Source of the DNA: Limisphaerales bacterium
GTDB lineage: Bacteria; Verrucomicrobiota; Verrucomicrobiia; Limisphaerales; SIBE01
Length of the DNA stretch: 42,775 nt
NCBI GenBank assembly: GCA_044225505.1
Contig: JBGAIN010000063.1
Coordinates: 1-42,775, forward strand
Direction: 5' to 3'
Below the pieces are notes generated by a model, which saw only the letters and a program-made list of their open reading frames with translations, was not told the DNA's origin and searched no databases. Every line of letters begins with the position of its first letter. Position 1 is the first letter of the stretch. Below are positions 9,801-17,300 of this stretch, in pieces. Position numbers and translations under genes: made by a program.

Positions 9801-10587
9801 GACGAGTGCCAATTATGAGCTGACCTTAAAACCTGGAACCCTAACGATTGCGCGGGCTCTGCTAAACGTCACGGCTGAAGACAAGACGAAGCTTTACGGA
9901 GCTGCCGTTCCCGCGTTGACCGCCAAGTATGAGGGATTTGTGAACGGCGATTCTGTTGACAGTCTGACACAGCCGGTCACATTCGTGACGACCGCGACAA
10001 CGGGCAGTGCAGTGGGAGGCTACCTGATTCGCGCCTCAGGCGGTGCGAGCCCAAACTATACCCTCGCCCTGAATAATGGGACCATGACCATTACGAAAGC
10101 GCCTTTGACAATCACCGCAGACAATAAGACCAAAGCTCCGGGAGCCGCCCTGCCCGCTCTGACCGCCTCCTTTAGCGGGTTCGTCAATGGGGATAGCGTC
10201 GCGACTTTGCAGCAAGCGCCGTCGCTCACCACAACCGCGCTCGCGAGCAGTCCCGTGGGGAGTTACCCCATTCGCGTGACAGGAGCACGCGCCTCGAACT
10301 ATGCGATCACGTTTGTGGATGGCACCCTGCTTGTGACCCAGCAGATCGTGGCCCCGAAATTTGAACCGAATAACTCGCAAATTGAAGCGGACGGGTCGAT
10401 GACCATGAAACTGGCGGTTTCGTCTGGCGCCAAAGTCCGACTGGAATGGTCCGATGACCTGATTACCTGGGTTGAGCTAAGTTCGAAAACGGTAGTAGCG
10501 GACCAAGTAGAGTTCAACGTTCCAGATGTTAGGAAAACCCCCGCCGGGTTCTTCCGAGTGGTCTTGCTTTCGACCCAACCTCAATAG
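6832..10587 (+). CDS. Secreted/surface MBG-domain repeat protein with N-terminal proprotein-convertase P-domain and a C-terminal Verrucomicrobia-type beta domain
   Basis: Signal-peptide-like N-terminus from ATG 6832. P-domain motifs 'HEWLGDLTVKLVSPNG' and 'GNWQLIVAD'. Eleven repeats of 'KA.LT.TADDK.K.YG...P.LTA.YSGFVNGD...S.VG.YPI...NY....GTLT'. C-terminal 'LEWSDDLITW...FFRV'. Confidence 0.88.
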   Translation: MRVRSVLRLLTVAWASLTVVVPVRPAVVSFTIPAPIVIADTGATTTPVLGPSLPTISAINSVTVSLAHEWLGDLTVKLVSPNGVELALFQHVGTPPDGSSAILGTYISEGDPGSSTFTLAPLPYQFAAAGADLAAEAEAAVATLVPPLVPDARVFAAKTWPTGPFPAGNWQLIVADSADLAGGKLTAVDMDYSEGVSSMVLSWNQPSDITYGTALGPQQLNAVATVDGAAISGTYFYTPSAGAVLGAGNHQLSVTFTPDNLAQYSSTSRTIPLNVVPAPLLVRADDKSVVAGGPLPSLTATYSGFVNGETASSLTQPISLSTTAQASSSPGAYPIQLSGGASPNYTIQRLDGTLTILARDKVVLTVTAENKTKAYGAALPTLTATYSGFVNGDTTASVSGLISLSTSATSTSPVGAYPIVLTAGDSPTYTFVLNNGIMNVTKASLVVTAEDRIKTYGDSLPAFGATYSGFVSVDDASGFTQPVTFSTAATAKSGVGTFPIVPVGGAHPNYEFVYRNGTLTVTRALLTVVPEDRTKTYGSPLPSFTATYQGFVSGDTSTSLSQPVTLSTTATVKSPPGTYLIRATGGASPNYILALNNGTLTVTKAPLQISADNKSKIYGAPIPALTVSYSGLVNGDTAATAVPGVTATTSATQSSPIGTYPITVSGGTSANYELSYVPGILSVGRNLLTVTANDVSKVYGAAMPSFSAAFSGFLTGDNASSLTEPVTFTTTATASSPAGTYPIQVSGGFIPNYDLVYQTGTLTITKAPLTITADDQSKVYGAPTPALTANFNGFVNGDTAEQMKSLVSLSTTASATTPAGSYPIKVSAGLSPNYTFSVVNGTLTVSKAPLILTADDKSKVYGAALPTFSASYAGLVNGDTPARLGKVSFNTEAKPSSGVGTYAITPTLPSNANYSLTFKQGTLTVTKAHLTVTADNANKTYGDPLPDFTATYTGLINGDTPSTVGSVLRFSTSATATSPVGTYPIEILEGTSANYELTLKPGTLTIARALLNVTAEDKTKLYGAAVPALTAKYEGFVNGDSVDSLTQPVTFVTTATTGSAVGGYLIRASGGASPNYTLALNNGTMTITKAPLTITADNKTKAPGAALPALTASFSGFVNGDSVATLQQAPSLTTTALASSPVGSYPIRVTGARASNYAITFVDGTLLVTQQIVAPKFEPNNSQIEADGSMTMKLAVSSGAKVRLEWSDDLITWVELSSKTVVADQVEFNVPDVRKTPAGFFRVVLLSTQPQ
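7660..10338 (+). repeat. 11 tandem ~243-bp (81-aa) MBG/Ig-like coding repeats
   Basis: Repeat starts at 8641, 8884, 9127, 9370, 9610, 9853 and 10096 give spacings of 243 or 240 bp. Repeats are diverged in DNA and conserved in protein. Confidence 0.9.
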
Positions 10588-10676
10588 AGGCGAGGCGACC
10601 TTCGCCGAGGTCTCGGGAATGGGCCGGTATGGCCGTTCGCTAAATTCCGAGAAATTCGACGGGGTTTCGTCTGCCT

Positions 10677-11180
10677 ATGCGATGGTTAGTTAGACTGTTT
10701 TCGTGGGTCCATTCAAGTCCTTCGGTCCTGGTGCGCGCGCTCTGGCTTGCCTTGACGTTGATATTCTGCGGCCTGGCTTTGGAGGCCAATTCGGGCGCTC
10801 ACGTACGCCTCCCGCGTGCGGGCTTCCGCCTTCCAGAAACGCAGCGCGTCAGTCAGGAATTCTCCCAGTTCCAATTTGTCGTCAACCGGTTGGCGGAGAA
10901 TCACGATTTGACGGTAGTTGAGTTGGAACGGGCCCTTCGCGCGAAGAGCCGGTCGTCCCTTTGGCTGAATCTCGTCGGGGCACTGCTAAGCCTGTCCTCT
11001 TGTGGTGTTTTTTGGAACCGGGTTCAGCGGTCATCGACGGTTGACGCAAAGGCTGCGAACATGATCGATGTGTCTCAGCCGCTATTTCCGCGCGCACCTC
11101 AGCAAACCGCCGCCACCCGTTCACCCGCATCTGTGACTCTTCATGATGGGTCATTTCCCGAGGGCGGATATGAGCACTGA
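10677..11180 (+). CDS. Hypothetical protein with two hydrophobic segments
   Basis: 167-aa ATG ORF filling the gap between the MBG gene and the tRNA. Hydrophobic 'LVRALWLALTLIFCGLAL' and 'LWLNLVGALLSLSSCGVFW'. No recognisable family. Confidence 0.4.
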   Translation: MRWLVRLFSWVHSSPSVLVRALWLALTLIFCGLALEANSGAHVRLPRAGFRLPETQRVSQEFSQFQFVVNRLAENHDLTVVELERALRAKSRSSLWLNLVGALLSLSSCGVFWNRVQRSSTVDAKAANMIDVSQPLFPRAPQQTAATRSPASVTLHDGSFPEGGYEH

Positions 11181-11248
11181 AGCCCACCGCGTAGCGTGCG
11201 CTCCGAGGAGGAGCCAGGGACGGCAATGGATCTCAGGCGTTAAACAGC

Positions 11249-11276
11249 TTGATGCCATCCACGCCTCTGGCATACT
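11249..11276 (+). promoter_or_regulatory. Probable sigma70 promoter of tRNA-Ser
   Basis: TTGATG-N16-CATACT with extended -10 TG (TGGCATACT), ~60 bp upstream of the tRNA. Confidence 0.45.
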
Positions 11277-11337
11277 CGGCAGACGGGCGCGAACGCGGAC
11301 TCTGTTTCGTGGTCGCAGCCGCGTTTTGTAGTCCAGT

Positions 11338-11427
11338 GGAAGGGTGGCTGAGTGGTTTAAGGCACCTGACTCGAAATCAGGCGTAGGTTAACGCCTACCG
11401 TGGGTTCGACTCCCACCCCTTCCGCCA
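11338..11427 (+). tRNA. tRNA-Ser (anticodon CGA)
   Basis: Acceptor stem GGAAGGG/CCCTTCC with encoded GCCA. D-loop AGTGGTTTAA. Anticodon arm CCTGA-CTCGAAA-TCAGG. Long variable arm GTAGG-TTAACG-CCTAC. T-loop GGTTCGACTCC. 90 nt. Confidence 0.97.
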
Positions 11428-11513
11428 TCTTCCAAAAGGGTCGCCAGAGCGGCTTCAAGCTCACAATCCGGAACTGGCAACGAGCGGCCAAGACAATAGC
11501 TTCCAATGTGACG

Positions 11514-12257
11514 ATGACTCCTGCACCGGAGAACGAGCCAACCTCGCCTTATGGGTTTCAAACCACCCATTGGTCGGTCGTTCTCAAGGCGCAGCGCCGC
11601 CATGAAGAAGGCTCTCAAGAGTCGCTCGCAAGACTGTGCACCGCTTACTGGTATCCCGTTTATGCATTTGTCCGCCGCCAAGGTGCCGATGCCCATCAGG
11701 CAGAAGATATGACTCAAGGCTTCTTTTGTCACATCCTTGAGCGAGAGACTTTGGCCCGAGTGGAGCCGGAAGGAGGAAAATTTCGCTCGTTCCTTTTGGT
11801 TTGTTTGAAGAATTATCTGGCGAACGAGCGAGAGCGGGCGCAGGCCCAGCGGAGAGGCGGAGGACAATTGCCAATTCCGCTTGAGATGAACGACGCGGAG
11901 ACGCGCTATGTCTTTGAACGAGCGGATGAGCAAACGCCTGACGTGATCTACGAACGTCGGTGGGCCTTCGCCGTTATAGAGCAGGCGCTAGAGCGGTTGC
12001 GGAGCGAATACACTTCCTCCAAGAAGCAGACCCTGTTCGAAGACCTGCAAGGCTTTTTGCCCGGCGGGAATGGCAGCGAATCACGGAGTGAGCTCGCGGC
12101 CAAACGCGGGGTAACCGTAGGAGCTATCAACGTGGCAGTTCATCGTCTGCGTCATCGTTTTGGGGCTCTCCTGCGCGAGCAGGTCGCACAAACGGTGGAC
12201 TCCAATGCTGAGATCGAAGAGGAACTGCGTCACTTGATCAAAGTGTTGGCCACTTGA
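11514..12257 (+). CDS. ECF-type sigma-70 factor of the kinase-associated type found in Planctomycetota/Verrucomicrobiota
   Basis: 'FQTTHWSVVL', 'YWYPVYAFVRR', region 2 'AEDMTQGFF', 'GKFRSFLL', region 4 'ELAAKRGVTVGAINVAVHRLRHRFG'. Start moved to ATG 11514 because the ORF-track start lies inside the tRNA. Confidence 0.9.
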   Translation: MTPAPENEPTSPYGFQTTHWSVVLKAQRRHEEGSQESLARLCTAYWYPVYAFVRRQGADAHQAEDMTQGFFCHILERETLARVEPEGGKFRSFLLVCLKNYLANERERAQAQRRGGGQLPIPLEMNDAETRYVFERADEQTPDVIYERRWAFAVIEQALERLRSEYTSSKKQTLFEDLQGFLPGGNGSESRSELAAKRGVTVGAINVAVHRLRHRFGALLREQVAQTVDSNAEIEEELRHLIKVLAT

Positions 12258-12266
12258 ACCCATGTC

Positions 12267-12291
12267 GGTAAGGTTTTGGGCAAAATCCGTT
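12267..12291 (+). promoter_or_regulatory. Candidate ECF-type promoter in front of the kinase gene
   Basis: GGTAAG-N15-CGTT in the 48-bp sigma/kinase gap, resembling the generic ECF (AAC...CGT) layout. Confidence 0.35.
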
Positions 12292-12305
12292 GGTAAAGAA
12301 CGGAC

Positions 12306-15300
12306 ATGAGAAACGGCGACAGGTGTGGGGAATGCGGTGCAATTATCTCAGACGCTAGTCCGGGAGGCTATTGTGCGCAGTGCCTCCTCGGCCTGGGATT
12401 GACGTCGCACCTCGGGCGGCAACCGTCAAAGGCATCGATCTCCGACTGGCTTGACCCGATTCATACGTCTAGTGCGATCACGGATTCAACGGGCTCTGCG
12501 GCCGCGGAGTCTTCTGCAGAAATGCCAGCGAGCTCTCCCATAGGCAAACGTCTCGGGCTAAGAGTCGGGCGCTATCGAATACTCCACGAAATCGGTCATG
12601 GTGGCTGTGGGATTGTGTACCAAGCCGAGCAAGAAGAGCCAGTACGGCGGGAAGTGGCCTTAAAGGTCGTCAAGCTTGGGATGGACACGAAGCAGGTCGT
12701 CGCCCGCTTTCGCGCTGAGGCGCAGACCCTGGCATTGATGGAGCATCCCAACATCGCCAAAGTCTTGGACGCAGGCACAACAAACGAAGGCCGTCCCTAC
12801 TTCGTCATGGAACTAGTGCGGGGCTCTCGGATTACGGAGTATTGCGATCAAAATCGACTTTCCGTTAGCGAACGCCTCAGGCTTTTCGTTCATATCTGCC
12901 AGGGAATTCAGCATGCGCATCAGAAAGGAGTCATTCACCGCGACATCAAACCCTCCAATATCCTCGTGACGGTTCATGATGGCGTGCCCGTTCCCAAAGT
13001 CATCGATTTTGGAATTGCCAAGGCCACCCAAGGACGTCTGACGGATCAAACGCTGTTTACTGCAGCTGAACTCTTCTTAGGGACTCCAGCCTACATGAGT
13101 CCGGAGCAAGCAGATCTAAGCGCTCTGGATATTGATACGCGCAGCGACATTTATAGTCTGGGCGTCCTGCTTTACGAATTGCTTGTCGGGACAACGCCAT
13201 TCCTGGCCAAAAACCTCCTCGCGTTGGGAGTCGATCGCATGCGTTGGGCGATTCGCGAAGAGGAGCCGCTGCGCCCGTCAACCCGGCTGTCCGCGATGTC
13301 AGCCGATGAAAGGCGCTGCGCCGCCACACGCCGTCAGACAGAACCTGACCGACTGATTCACCAGATTCGGGGAGACTTGGACTGGATCGTGATGAAATGT
13401 CTGGAAAAGGAACGTACGCGCCGCTACGAGACGGCGAATGGCCTGGCGATGGACGTGCAACGTCATCTGGCAGAGGAACCGGTGATGGCTCGACCGCCCA
13501 GCGCTCTCTACCAAATTCAGAAGTTTGTTCTCCGTAACCGGCACATTCTGGCGCTGACAGTTGTCCTGTCCGGGGCATTGATTTTGTCGGTTTTGGAGTT
13601 ACTCGGGAACGGGCAATTCTTGAGTGTCGCCACGATCGGCCTGGCGCTTGTGTCTGGCATCCTCTGGAGTGGGAGGGAAGCGATTCGGGCACGCCGGGCT
13701 GAGCGTGACCAAGAGCGATCTCGTCGCGAGGCCGAGGCAGCGCGTGAGAGCGAAGCCAGTCAGCGCGCCCAAGTTGAGGCCCATGAATTGAGCGCACGCC
13801 GAAGGGCCTATGCTTCGGAAATGGTGGCAGCGTGGCAATCATTCACGGATGGTCATATACCTCGAACGCGAGAACTTCTAAAACGACAGCTCCCAACCCG
13901 AGAGCATGCTGACGATTTCCGTGGATTCGAATGGCGTTACCTTTGGGCGCAAGCGCAACCGTCAGAACTGGCGATGCTGGATGACCGGTCGGCAAATGTC
14001 GCTGTCTACTCCCATGACGGACGTTGGATTGCCGTGGGTCGGAATGACGGGATGGTCAGCCTTTGGGACGCGAAATCGTTTTCGAAAGCTCGGTTCTTTA
14101 GGGCCTTTAAGGAAGACGTGACTACTCTCGCCTTTTCGTCTGACAGCAAGGTGTTGGCGACCGGTTCCCGATTTGAACATAAGTATAGGATCAAGCTCTG
14201 GCGCTTGGACGAGGAGACCGCGCCCGTCATCTTGGCGGATCATCGCCAGGAAACGATTTGCGTTGATTTCAGTCGTGACGGTCGATGGTTCGTTACCGTG
14301 GCCATTTCGCCGTACACGAGTGGCATTGCTCCTGAGATCCGAATTTGGGACGCGGGATCTCACCAGCCCAAGTTTGACATCCACGGACACCGGCACTGGG
14401 TCCGAAGTGCCGCCTTCAGTCCTGATAGTCGGATGCTACTTACCGGCGATGGGCAAGGCCTGGTCAAGCTGTGGGATTTGGAGGAGCAATGTGAAATCGC
14501 AGCTTTGACCGGCCATCAAGGCTTCGTCGGCGCGGTAGCCTTTTCGCCTCAGGGCGATTTATTCGCCTCAGCGGATGAGCGCGGGACCGTGCTACTTTGG
14601 AACTGGCCGTCGGCCACGGTCTTTGCTGTCATCTCCGCGCATCATGCTCCGATATATTCCATCGCAATCTCGAAAGATGGACGGAAATTAGTCACAGCCA
14701 GTCGTGATCACACCGCAAAGCTGTTCGATATCCGATCTGGAACGGAGTTGGCGACTTTCCACGGCCATTCGGAACGGGTGCATTTTGTCCGTTTTTCGCC
14801 TGATGACAGCAATCTAATCACAGCTGGCGGCAAAGTCCTGGTCTGGCAGGCGGCGCCTAGAGCCGGTGGTGTTGTCTTTTCGCCGGAAAAATCGACGGGC
14901 ACGGTCGCTTTCTCGCCGGACGGCCGGTACCTTATTCAGGAACTGTGGAAGTTCGAACGAGCGGTTCTCTGGGCATCCAAACAAATGGTGCAAGCCCATC
15001 CGCCATTCGAGGGGAGAAATGTCGTATTTTCGCCGGACAGTCGGCTTATCGCGTTGGTCTGTCGCGGTGAATTAAGGGTCTTTGAGAGCGAGACTGGGAT
15101 GTTGCGGGGGAACATCCCGACGGCCGCGCCTGTCAGCGGTCCGATCTCGTTTTCACCCGATGGGAAGCTGCTGGCGGTGCGCCGTGAAAACACCCTCGTG
15201 GTGATCGAGGTGGCATCACAGCGCGAAGTATGTGCGATCGAAGCGACCAGCGAAGAGCCTGCGCCCGTTGCATTTAGCCGTGACTCTACGATTCTTCTGA

Positions 15301-15773
15301 CTGCTGGCCCGGTCACTGGCACCATTCGTCTTTGGGATACTACACGTTGGGCGCCCATTGAAGTTCTTTGTGGGCACTCAGCTGCCATTGAAGCGTTGGC
15401 GCTGTCCCCGGATGGCCGCTGGCTGGCGAGCGGCGGCCACGATCATACTTTTCGATTCTGGAGTCTGACGCCACTCCTTTCCGAAGCACAAGCGGTTGTT
15501 CAGAGCAACGCGGGAGCGGTAACGTGCCTGGCCTTCTCGCCGGATGGCCGAACTTTGGGGGTCGGCACATTCGACGGCGCGATCCGATTGTGGAACGTGA
15601 TCGCGCGCGAAGAGGCTGGCTCCCTTTACGGGCATGCCAGCGTCATTCGGGGCTTGGCTTTCTCACCTGATGGCCTGGCGCTTGCAAGTTCCAGCTATGA
15701 CGGAACTTGGCGATTATGGACCGCACCAAGTTTTGAGGAAATCTCCTCTCAAACGGGCTCTCCTAACGGATAG
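12306..15773 (+). CDS. Hanks-type Ser/Thr protein kinase with N-terminal Zn-ribbon, membrane segments and ~14 WD40 repeats
   Basis: CGEC...CAQC, GHGGCG, VALK, HRDIKPSN, DFG and GTPAYMSPE motifs. Hydrophobic segments at ~13545-13673. Many 'GH...V..VAFSPDG..LAS...D.T..LW' repeats. Confidence 0.95.
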   Translation: MRNGDRCGECGAIISDASPGGYCAQCLLGLGLTSHLGRQPSKASISDWLDPIHTSSAITDSTGSAAAESSAEMPASSPIGKRLGLRVGRYRILHEIGHGGCGIVYQAEQEEPVRREVALKVVKLGMDTKQVVARFRAEAQTLALMEHPNIAKVLDAGTTNEGRPYFVMELVRGSRITEYCDQNRLSVSERLRLFVHICQGIQHAHQKGVIHRDIKPSNILVTVHDGVPVPKVIDFGIAKATQGRLTDQTLFTAAELFLGTPAYMSPEQADLSALDIDTRSDIYSLGVLLYELLVGTTPFLAKNLLALGVDRMRWAIREEEPLRPSTRLSAMSADERRCAATRRQTEPDRLIHQIRGDLDWIVMKCLEKERTRRYETANGLAMDVQRHLAEEPVMARPPSALYQIQKFVLRNRHILALTVVLSGALILSVLELLGNGQFLSVATIGLALVSGILWSGREAIRARRAERDQERSRREAEAARESEASQRAQVEAHELSARRRAYASEMVAAWQSFTDGHIPRTRELLKRQLPTREHADDFRGFEWRYLWAQAQPSELAMLDDRSANVAVYSHDGRWIAVGRNDGMVSLWDAKSFSKARFFRAFKEDVTTLAFSSDSKVLATGSRFEHKYRIKLWRLDEETAPVILADHRQETICVDFSRDGRWFVTVAISPYTSGIAPEIRIWDAGSHQPKFDIHGHRHWVRSAAFSPDSRMLLTGDGQGLVKLWDLEEQCEIAALTGHQGFVGAVAFSPQGDLFASADERGTVLLWNWPSATVFAVISAHHAPIYSIAISKDGRKLVTASRDHTAKLFDIRSGTELATFHGHSERVHFVRFSPDDSNLITAGGKVLVWQAAPRAGGVVFSPEKSTGTVAFSPDGRYLIQELWKFERAVLWASKQMVQAHPPFEGRNVVFSPDSRLIALVCRGELRVFESETGMLRGNIPTAAPVSGPISFSPDGKLLAVRRENTLVVIEVASQREVCAIEATSEEPAPVAFSRDSTILLTAGPVTGTIRLWDTTRWAPIEVLCGHSAAIEALALSPDGRWLASGGHDHTFRFWSLTPLLSEAQAVVQSNAGAVTCLAFSPDGRTLGVGTFDGAIRLWNVIAREEAGSLYGHASVIRGLAFSPDGLALASSSYDGTWRLWTAPSFEEISSQTGSPNG

Positions 15774-16013
15774 CGGCCAAGTCGTCGCCGCTTCTTAACT
15801 GGGCTTGGTGCCCTAACCATTGCGCTGGCACCGACGCCAAACATTGGAATGTTCGGTCAGATCCTCGGTAACCCGGAGGTCGACAATCCGAACCATTCGC
15901 CATTCGGTGATCTCACTGACCGCGTCGGGATACTCCAGAAGCGCGGCCGGAGCCAATCACGTGAACTGGTTGCGGCGGGCCTCAGGAGGGAGTCCGCGTT
16001 CCTCGGTGGTGTC

Positions 16014-17072
16014 TCATTTCCCTTTCGTGAGCTCCACCAGTTTCACGTTTATCTTTTGTGCAATCTCGCTGGTGAATTGAGCGCCTTTGGACTGCGTTCC
16101 TGGGGGCGTTGGAATCTCGCCCTTCATGTTAAGGGATTGATTGGCGCTGGATTCCACTAAGGCTCCGAGTTCGGGGTCGAACCAGGTCGTCCCAGCCAGC
16201 TTGCCGTTTTCAATGGACATCTTTCCCATGGGCCCGGCGGCGGCCGCAGGCCCGCCTTTCATCGTCCCCAAGACCTCAAGCATCGCGCACTTATGAGAAT
16301 CCCGTTCCTCCCAATCCTTAAAGATAAACGTGGAATCAATGGATAGTTTGCCAGCCGGCCCAGCGTCGACGTCCATTTTGAACGGCCATGTGTCGCCTAC
16401 TTCGACCGGTTTAGCAGGAAAGGCCCTGCCGAAGTCCGCGATCTGCTTGAAATACGCTTCATTAAATTGCTGGGAAAGGATGCCGCGACCTGGCCCCCCA
16501 TCCTCCCCGGCAACCTGATTCATCCATTCGTCCATTCCCACGATTTTGTCCACCTTGCCATCCGCGTCGAATTCCATGCGCAGTTTGGAGCCAATCATCT
16601 TTCGAAAAGGACCAAGGAACGGGTTTTTCGCTTCATCCTTGGCGTTTTCCTTGGAGTCGAAGCTCAAAACCACTTGTTCTGCCATTTTGATTTCCATTTC
16701 GTTGGCAAGGAATTCCATCTCGACCTCACGACCGCCCGTTGGGGTCTCCTTGACTACGTTGAGTGCGTAGGTCATCGCCATGGTCACGCTCTGCCGCATT
16801 GGTTGGGGCATCTGGGGAATATGGTTTGTGCTATTCTGGTCCAAATCCATGCGGTAAACGTAGCGATTGCCAACAACCCATTTAGCTTTGAGGACGACGC
16901 CCTTGCCCGACGTTGCCGGAGTTGCGGGTTTGGCCCCGTTCTCCGGCGCTACGGGCGTGGTCGCCGGTTGGTCCGTCTTGGAATTGACCGGAGGCTGCTC
17001 AGCCTTTTTGCAGGAACTGAGGAAACACAAGCACAGGAGCGAGCAGAGTAAGAGGGGGGTTCGTTGTCTCAT
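16014..17072 (-). CDS. Lipoprotein, probably DUF6263-like
   Basis: ATG 17072 gives 'MRQRTPLLLCSLLCLCFLSSC' (lipobox), a Pro/Thr linker, then 'FPAKPVEVGDTW' and 'GTTWFDPELG'. Confidence 0.75.
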   Translation of the reverse strand: MRQRTPLLLCSLLCLCFLSSCKKAEQPPVNSKTDQPATTPVAPENGAKPATPATSGKGVVLKAKWVVGNRYVYRMDLDQNSTNHIPQMPQPMRQSVTMAMTYALNVVKETPTGGREVEMEFLANEMEIKMAEQVVLSFDSKENAKDEAKNPFLGPFRKMIGSKLRMEFDADGKVDKIVGMDEWMNQVAGEDGGPGRGILSQQFNEAYFKQIADFGRAFPAKPVEVGDTWPFKMDVDAGPAGKLSIDSTFIFKDWEERDSHKCAMLEVLGTMKGGPAAAAGPMGKMSIENGKLAGTTWFDPELGALVESSANQSLNMKGEIPTPPGTQSKGAQFTSEIAQKINVKLVELTKGK

Positions 17073-17300
17073 AAATAACGCTTGAGAATCACCCGTACAT
17101 AGTTGAGGAACGGACGAATGCAAGGCAAAACGCCCTGAAATCGTTGAAGCTGGTTGACTATTATGCCCTTGTTCTAACCTTGAAGGATGGACCACTCAAG
17201 ATCGGATAGGCGACGGACCTGGGGGCGTGATTGTGTAGCCATTCCAGGGACGACTCGCTAGATTGAGATCACACCCTTGGGAATCGAGTTTAATAATCGT

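Noticed and set aside
7660..10338. Periodic repeats as a CRISPR-like or DGR array
   Set aside because: They are in-frame, diverged coding repeats with no invariant repeat/spacer structure. No cas or reverse transcriptase genes are present.
11410..11427. tRNA-Ser 3' end as an att site for a downstream island
   Set aside because: I found no convincing duplicate in the window, only 8-10-bp chance matches near 41456 and 42176. No integrase is present.
11400..11513. N-terminal extension of the ECF ORF from GTG 11400
   Set aside because: The start lies inside tRNA-Ser. Recognisable sigma sequence begins after ATG 11514.
15774..16013. 240-bp gap between convergent genes as an sRNA or small ORF
   Set aside because: No clear terminator, known RNA motif or credible ORF was recognised.
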